Shown here one piece after another: positions 55,782-60,581 of a stretch of DNA of 60,581 bases. The notes beneath the pieces were generated by a model. The model was not told where the DNA came from. It did no database searches and saw only the letters and a program-made list of their open reading frames with translations. Source of the stretch: Gemmatimonadales bacterium (GTDB lineage: Bacteria > Gemmatimonadota > Gemmatimonadetes > Gemmatimonadales > GWC2-71-9); the NCBI GenBank assembly GCA_025937755.1, contig JAICQR010000002.1, positions 1 to 60,581 on the forward strand, given 5' to 3'. Position 1 is the first letter of the stretch, and each line of letters begins with the position of its first letter. Position numbers and translations under genes: made by a program.

Positions 55782-57545
55782 ATGGTCGCATCAGCTTCGG
55801 GTTCGTCGCTCACCCGCCACCTCGCCATCGAGACGCCGGAGAATGTCCGGCTGGAGCACGAGGTCGCAGGCCTGGGCTCGCGCGCGGCAGCAGCCGTCAT
55901 CGACCAGACCCTCATCGGGGTGCTGTTCCTTGCGCTGGCGATCCTCCGTGGGGTGACTGGCGTGGGCGGCAGCTGGACCGGCGCGCTGGCCATACTGGCG
56001 ATGTTCGGTCTCTGGTACGGCTACTTCATCTTCTTCGAGGCGCTGCGCGACGGGCAGACGCCCGGCAAACGGATGATGGGCATCCGGGTGGTGATGGTGA
56101 CAGGACATCCTGTCAGCCCCGGCGCCGCCGTCATCCGCAACCTGCTTCGCACCGCCGATTTTCTTCCCCCGCCCTACCTCCTTGGGGCAATCCTGGTCGC
56201 GCTTCATCCCAGGGCCCGCCGCCTGGGGGACCTGGCAGGCGGCACAGTGGTGGTGAGGGACCACCCCCAGCTGGTCGCGCGGCCGCAGGCGGCGCCGGTC
56301 ATCACCCACAGTCCATCACCCCCGCTTGCCACGCCGCGCCTCACCGACGCCGATTTCCAGCTGCTCGGAGCAACGCTCGCGAGGCTTCCTGACCTGGCAC
56401 CCGATGCCAGCCAGCGACTGCTGTCCGCTTTGGGTATGCGGCTCGGGCGCGCGCTGGCGGAAGTGGACCCGTCGCTCGATCTCGCTACGAAGCTCGCGAC
56501 ACTGCACCAGGACGAGACCGCCAGGAGGGAAACGGGAAGGGGGCTTGGGAGCCAGTGGATGCTGCTGGAAGTTCGGCAGCGGGAGCGGTGGGACGAGTTT
56601 GCCCTGCTTTCCGAGCGGGCCCGGCGCCAGGGCCTGGATAGCTTCGCGGCGGCGGAGCTGCCCGCGTTCGCTGCTCGCTATCGCGAGATAGCTGCAGACC
56701 TCGCGCGGCTCCGCACCTACGGCGCGCCGACCGACACCGTGGCACGGGTCGAGCGGCTGGTTGCCGCCGGCCACAACGCGCTCTATCGCTCCGATCGGGG
56801 CGGATTCCGCAGACTCTGGCGGGTACTGGCCGTCGAGTCGCCCGCAGCGGTCGCCGGCGCACGCTGGTATGTCCTGGCCGGATTCCTCGCGTTCATGATC
56901 CCGGGCACGATCGGTTACCGGATGATACGGGACCAGCCGGAGCGTGCCGAGGAAGTGCTGCCGGTCGTGATGCTCGAGCGCGCGGCAGCCGGCGCCGCGC
57001 GCGCGGCGGCCGGAGACCGCTATGTGTCAGTAGCCATCAGCGGGCGGCCGTTCACCGCGTCCTGGATCATCACCAACAACGTGCGTATCGCCTTCTTCTG
57101 CTTCGCCGGTGGAATCTTCGCGGGGATAGGCGCCCTGGTGCTGCTGGCGTTCAACGGGTTGCTACTGGGAGCGGGAGCGGGGCATTTCGCCAACGTGGGG
57201 CTCTTCGCCTACCTGGGCGAGTTCGTGCTGAGCCACGGCGTGCTGGAACTCACGGCGATCTGGATCGCGGGGGGCGCCGGCTTCATGCTGGGCTACACCC
57301 TCATCGTGCCGGGACGGTTGTCGCGCGCCGATGCGCTGGCCGCCGCAGGGCGGCGGGCCGTACGGATGCTGGCATTTGCGGTGGTCTGTCTGGTGGTGGC
57401 GGGAGTGATCGAAGGATTCGTGTCGACCAGCGGCGCCGGCTGGGCCGGGAGGTTCGCCGCGAGCGGCATCACGCTCACTTTCCTGGCGGTATATCTCGGA
57501 ATGGGAACGCGCTACGCAAAAGGCTATGCCGCAGGCGGCGACTGA
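55782..57545 (+). CDS. fusion protein: RDD-family domain + SpoIIM-like (DUF95) membrane domain
   Basis: ORF 55719..57545, start taken at M22. RDD part has AAAVIDQTLIG...RDGQTPGKRMMGIRVV...RRLGDLAGGTVVV. After a linker of about 150-200 aa comes a DUF95-like part, ITNNVRIAFFCFAGGIFAGIG...SHGVLELTAIWIAGGAG. Confidence 0.75.
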   Translation: MVASASGSSLTRHLAIETPENVRLEHEVAGLGSRAAAAVIDQTLIGVLFLALAILRGVTGVGGSWTGALAILAMFGLWYGYFIFFEALRDGQTPGKRMMGIRVVMVTGHPVSPGAAVIRNLLRTADFLPPPYLLGAILVALHPRARRLGDLAGGTVVVRDHPQLVARPQAAPVITHSPSPPLATPRLTDADFQLLGATLARLPDLAPDASQRLLSALGMRLGRALAEVDPSLDLATKLATLHQDETARRETGRGLGSQWMLLEVRQRERWDEFALLSERARRQGLDSFAAAELPAFAARYREIAADLARLRTYGAPTDTVARVERLVAAGHNALYRSDRGGFRRLWRVLAVESPAAVAGARWYVLAGFLAFMIPGTIGYRMIRDQPERAEEVLPVVMLERAAAGAARAAAGDRYVSVAISGRPFTASWIITNNVRIAFFCFAGGIFAGIGALVLLAFNGLLLGAGAGHFANVGLFAYLGEFVLSHGVLELTAIWIAGGAGFMLGYTLIVPGRLSRADALAAAGRRAVRMLAFAVVCLVVAGVIEGFVSTSGAGWAGRFAASGITLTFLAVYLGMGTRYAKGYAAGGD

Positions 57546-57736
57546 TCCTCTTCGGTGCTCTCCCGCAGCACGGTCCGCATCCGCAGCGCCAGCTTCTCGA
57601 TTTCCCGGAGTGCCGTCACGGACGTTTCGTCCATTCCATTCGGGTTGAGCAGCAGCAGCTGGACCTCGGCCAGCAACGCCGCCAGCGGATTGGCAATGGA
57701 ATGGCGAAGCCGAGCCAGCGGATCCAGTTGTTTCAT
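57524..57736 (-). CDS. small stand-alone HisKA-like (H-box dimerisation) protein, 70 aa
   Basis: ORF 57524..57865 trimmed to M44 (MKQLDPLARLRHSIANPLAALLAEVQLL). The H-box-like RHSIANPL is followed by a second helix. No ATPase domain. Starts 8 nt after the upstream gene's stop. Confidence 0.45.
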   Translation of the reverse strand: MKQLDPLARLRHSIANPLAALLAEVQLLLLNPNGMDETSVTALREIEKLALRMRTVLRESTEEDQSPPAA

Positions 57737-57743
57737 GGGGCGC

Positions 57744-58025
57744 TCAGGCCAGCGAACGGAAGAGGTCGCGCAGGTGGTATCGGCCCAGAGCCCGGACCGA
57801 ATGCCACAGATCATCGAAGGTCGGCGCGCAGAAGATTTCGGCGGTAGTGCGAGGCGGTTCATCATCGGCCTGGAACTCGAGCCGGGCGCGCCAGACGCCG
57901 TCGTCGGCGAGCCGGGCCATCAGCCGGACCAGGACATCCTGGCCATCCAGCCGCATGGGCTCGAGGTCGCTTGCAAACGGATCCCGCTGGTCGCGGGGTG
58001 GCACATGGGCGGGCTTCCGCAGCAT
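57744..58025 (-). CDS. hypothetical protein, 93 aa
   Basis: Last 93 codons of ORF 57744..59426, starting at ATG 58025 and preceded by GAGGAG. GC-rich third positions. No family recognised. Confidence 0.5.
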   Translation of the reverse strand: MLRKPAHVPPRDQRDPFASDLEPMRLDGQDVLVRLMARLADDGVWRARLEFQADDEPPRTTAEIFCAPTFDDLWHSVRALGRYHLRDLFRSLA

Positions 58026-58075
58026 CGCAACTCCTCTCGATGCGTGGTTGGTATAACATAGGGCGGTAGGCGAAA

Positions 58076-58208
58076 GTGTGGGAGTGTGGGAGTCTGGGAG
58101 TGTGGGAGTGTGGGAGTGTGGGAGTCGGGGGGTGTGGGAATGCGTCGGCCCAGCCCATCGATTCGCCACACTGCCCAACACTCTCACACTCTCACACTCA
58201 CACACTAC
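58076..58208 (+). repeat. octamer-periodic inverted-repeat element D (largest)
   Basis: Left arm has 8 units, 58076-58139: GTGTGGGA x6, plus GTCTGGGA and GTCGGGGG. The spacer is 27 nt and contains ATCGAT. Right arm 58167-58208: CACACTGC CCAACACTCT CACACTCT CACACTCA CACACTAC, overlapping the M50 stop at 58205-58207. Confidence 0.9.
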
Positions 58209-59365
58209 CCGAACGGCACCGGCACAAACGTCACCACGAACACCAGGACGCACGCCCACCCGATCCAGCGTCGCCTCGGCGGGACTTCGCGCTCTGGCGC
58301 CACCACTGACGGGTGGCTCCAGCGGCCGCCGCCTACTACCAGCGCGAGCACGCCCCACACCCACCAGCTCGGCGCCGAGAAGCCCAGGATGAACAGCGTC
58401 AGAAGCGCGAGTCCACCGATCGCGGTCTGCCGACGGCCGAACATCGCGTAGAGCACGTGGCCGCCATCGAGCTGGCTCAGGGGCAGCAGGTTGAGCGCGG
58501 TGACAAAGGCGCCAACCCAGCCGGCAAAGGCGGGTGGGCTCAGATACACGGCGCCGGCGTCGGGAAAGAACACCTCGCGCAGCCCCAGGGTCAGGAGCGA
58601 ACTGCCCAGCTGGATCTGGCGCCCGGCAAACGTGACGAACTCGCCATTGGTATTCGGACCCAGCGCCATCGCTTCCGACGTGGTATAGCCCCAGATCAGG
58701 ACGCCGAGCGCAACCACGAAGCCGGCCAGGGGGCCGGCGGCACCGACGTCGAGCAGCTGGCGCCGGTCGAGCACCGGCGACCGCATGCGAATGAACGCGC
58801 CCAGGCTGCCGATGGGCGAGAGCGTGGGAGGAACCGGCAGGAAGAACGGCGGAGAGGTGTCGATGTGATATCGTCGCGCGGCGAAGTAATGCCCCAGCTC
58901 GTGGACCAGCAGGATTCCCAGGAGTGACGCGGCAAAGGGGAGCCCTGGTAGCAGCTGACGCCACCCGCCGCCCAGCGCGTCCCGGACGAACTGCACTCCT
59001 CCCGAGAGGGCGGCAACGAGCGGGCCGTACGGGCTCCACCGAAACGGGGGGACCCACGCCCCGGACAGCGCGGCACCGGCACCGAGACCACAGACCAGCG
59101 TGAGGACAAACAGGATGGCGTGGAACAGCCAGCGTTCCTGGCGCTGAGCGCCGACGGTCCGGACGAGGACCAGTCCGGTGCGGGCGGGGTCGGTCCAGTA
59201 CCAGGCTCCGGGCCACTTGGCCAGCGCCGAAGCCAGTCCCGGAGAGGGGGAACGATGCGCGGGGGCCACGACCGCGTCGACGTATTCCCGGTCGCCGAAC
59301 CGCATCACGCGCCATGCCTCGAAGGCAGGAATCAGTTCGTCCACGGACCTCCCGGAGAGCCCCAC
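58205..59365 (-). CDS. site-2 protease (peptidase M50) family membrane metalloprotease
   Basis: GTG start. HELGH in LLVHELGHYFAARRY, and NLLPLSQLDGGHVLYA (LDG motif). Multiple TM helices. Confidence 0.85.
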   Translation of the reverse strand: MGLSGRSVDELIPAFEAWRVMRFGDREYVDAVVAPAHRSPSPGLASALAKWPGAWYWTDPARTGLVLVRTVGAQRQERWLFHAILFVLTLVCGLGAGAALSGAWVPPFRWSPYGPLVAALSGGVQFVRDALGGGWRQLLPGLPFAASLLGILLVHELGHYFAARRYHIDTSPPFFLPVPPTLSPIGSLGAFIRMRSPVLDRRQLLDVGAAGPLAGFVVALGVLIWGYTTSEAMALGPNTNGEFVTFAGRQIQLGSSLLTLGLREVFFPDAGAVYLSPPAFAGWVGAFVTALNLLPLSQLDGGHVLYAMFGRRQTAIGGLALLTLFILGFSAPSWWVWGVLALVVGGGRWSHPSVVAPEREVPPRRRWIGWACVLVFVVTFVPVPFG

Positions 59366-59367
59366 CC

Positions 59368-59396
59368 TTGACGGCGCCGTCCGTGCGCCCTACGTT
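59368..59396 (+). promoter_or_regulatory. candidate rho promoter TTGACG-N17-TACGTT
   Basis: -35 at 59368-59373 and -10 at 59391-59396, about 170 nt upstream of the rho start. Sequence match only. Confidence 0.35.
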
Positions 59397-59565
59397 CGTG
59401 ACACACCTCGGCCGCCCGGCGGCCAATTATCCCCGACACACAGCCAGATGCGCACTGCCCGCGTTCCCCGGAACGACGAGCCCAATATTCCCGACTTGAT
59501 CGCTGTCCTACCCCATCCCCCGCGGAACGCCGCGTCTTTCCGCGCGCCGCCTCGGAGCACCATCC

Positions 59566-60581
59566 GTGGATATCGCTGAACTCAAGCAGAAGTCCGTCGC
59601 AGAACTGCATGCGCTGGCCGAACAGTTGAACATCACCAACTACTCGGGCCTCCGCAAGCAGGATCTCATCTTCAAGATCGAGCAGTCGCTGCTCGACCGG
59701 GACACCGTCATTCGGGGCGAAGGAGTGCTCGAAATCCTCCCCGAAGGATACGGGTTCCTCCGCAGCCAGGACTGGAACTACCTGTATGGCCCGGACGACA
59801 TCTACGTCAGCCCGAGCCAGATCAAGCGGTTCGACCTGCGCACCGGTGACACAGTCATGGGCCAGGTGCGGCCACCCAAGGAGGGCGAACGCTACCTCGC
59901 GCTGCTCAAGGTCGAGAGTGTCAACTTCGAGGAGCCGGACCGGACCAAGCACCGGATCGCGTTCGACAACCTCAAACCCCGGTACCCTGACGAGCGAATC
60001 ACGCTCGAGCGCGCGGCTGGCGAGCTGTCCATGCGGGTGGTGGACCTGCTCGCCCCCATCGGCAAGGGACAGCGCGGCCTGATCGTGGCGCCGCCCAAGG
60101 CCGGCAAGACCATCCTCCTCCAGAAGCTCGCCAATGCCATTTCCGAGAATCACCCCGAGATCACGCTCATCGTGCTCCTGATCGACGAGCGTCCCGAGGA
60201 AGTCACGGATATGGAGGAGAACGTCAAGGCCGAGGTCATTTCCTCCTCCTTCGACGAGCCGCCGGACCGTCACGTGCAGGTGGCCGACATGGTCATCGAG
60301 AAGGCCAAGCGGCTGGTGGAGCATGGCAAGGATGTGGTGATCCTGCTCGACTCCATCACCCGGCTCGCCCGGGCCCACAACGTGGTGGTGCCGCACTCGG
60401 GCAAGATCCTGTCGGGCGGTGTCGATGCCAACGCACTCCAGAAGCCCAAGCGGTTCTTCGGCGCGGCGCGCAACATCGAGAAGGGCGGCTCGCTGACCAT
60501 CCTCGCCACCGCGCTGATCGACACCGGCAGCCGGATGGACGAGGTGATCTTCGAGGAGTTCAAGGGCACCGGCAACATGGA
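59566..60581 (+). CDS. rho: transcription termination factor Rho (3' end outside window)
   Basis: Open frame from GTG 59566 to the window end; absent from the ORF track because there is no stop. [21 protein letters not shown] (N-terminal helix bundle), GFLRS...[17 protein letters not shown] (CSD), Walker [18 protein letters not shown]. Confidence 0.93.
   Translation, partial: MDIAELKQKSVAELHALAEQLNITNYSGLRKQDLIFKIEQSLLDRDTVIRGEGVLEILPEGYGFLRSQDWNYLYGPDDIYVSPSQIKRFDLRTGDTVMGQVRPPKEGERYLALLKVESVNFEEPDRTKHRIAFDNLKPRYPDERITLERAAGELSMRVVDLLAPIGKGQRGLIVAPPKAGKTILLQKLANAISENHPEITLIVLLIDERPEEVTDMEENVKAEVISSSFDEPPDRHVQVADMVIEKAKRLVEHGKDVVILLDSITRLARAHNVVVPHSGKILSGGVDANALQKPKRFFGAARNIEKGGSLTILATALIDTGSRMDEVIFEEFKGTGNM

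Noticed and set aside
58076-58139. CRISPR array interpretation of the tandem arrays (all four elements)
   Set aside because: The units are 8-9 nt and directly abutting, with no spacers. No cas genes are present and no leader is evident. This is not CRISPR.
28925-58139. G-quadruplex formation as the unifying explanation of the repeat elements
   Set aside because: Only element D, and weakly element A, have four or more G3 tracts. Element B has none and element C has two. G4 potential is therefore locus-specific, not the common feature.
57862-58451. ORFs translated across element D (PHSHTPTLPHSHT..., MWECGSLGVWECGS..., MGVWESGSVGVWECGS...)
   Set aside because: Their periodic peptide sequences simply mirror the 8-nt DNA repeat in all frames. 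They have no start context and lie on both strands at once.
58026-59426. Upstream part of the 560-aa ORF 57744..59426
   Set aside because: It runs through repeat element D and then through the M50 protease gene in a different frame. Only the last 93 codons have an SD sequence and protein-like composition.
59332-60396. 354-aa minus-strand ORF
   Set aside because: It is antisense to rho, whose translation is recognisable residue by residue. Shadow ORF.

Overview
High-GC bacterial chromosomal segment, densely coding: about 55 protein genes and one tRNA-Arg(CCG). I saw no transposase, integrase, phage or CRISPR-Cas genes. All family names come from reading the ORF translations; no searches were run. 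The gene style (Ser/Thr kinases with a TM segment, periplasmic module and TPR; many ACSDS-type lipoproteins) suggests a Gemmatimonadota-like soil bacterium, but this is inference only.

Gene order:
- Partial ORF, then a SARP/BTAD-AAA regulator and a lipoprotein.
- Cupin, AhpD-like and EamA operon (minus strand), divergent from a MocR regulator.
- tRNA-Arg.
- TetR, TolC, HlyD, two ABC ATPases and two ABC-2 permeases (YbhGFSR-like efflux operon).
- Zn-ribbon Ser/Thr kinase, then small redox enzymes.
- Lipoprotein and a second Ser/Thr kinase.
- CopB-type P1B ATPase coupled to a secreted His/Met-rich protein.
- Flavin reductase and Ada.
- DUF4114 and DUF4382 lipoproteins.
- A roughly 14-kb minus-strand run: peptide-type SBP, GHMP kinase, heparinase II/III-like protein, class-III aminotransferase, two amidohydrolases, DapA-like protein, DHOD-like protein, OSBS/NSAR-like enolase and two CPA antiporters.
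- Divergent ABC permeases, then a GH38 mannosidase.
- Response regulator with HD-GYP domain.
- DUF58, MoxR, DUF4350, DUF4129 and a membrane protein, divergent from an RDD-SpoIIM fusion.
- Two small genes, one of them HisKA-only.
- M50 protease, then rho (3' partial).

The most unusual signal is non-coding. Four intergenic loci (about 28.9, 38.7, 50.7 and 58.1 kb) are built from tandem 8-nt units followed by tandem reverse-complement units. The unit sequence differs at each locus, and each element abuts the stop codon of a minus-strand gene. Two further period-8 arrays sit in frame inside genes. Also worth follow-up: the unassigned catabolic-looking operon, the MoxR/DUF58/DUF4350/DUF4129/RDD-SpoIIM neighbourhood, the HisKA-only small-gene pair, and the CopB-coupled secreted protein.
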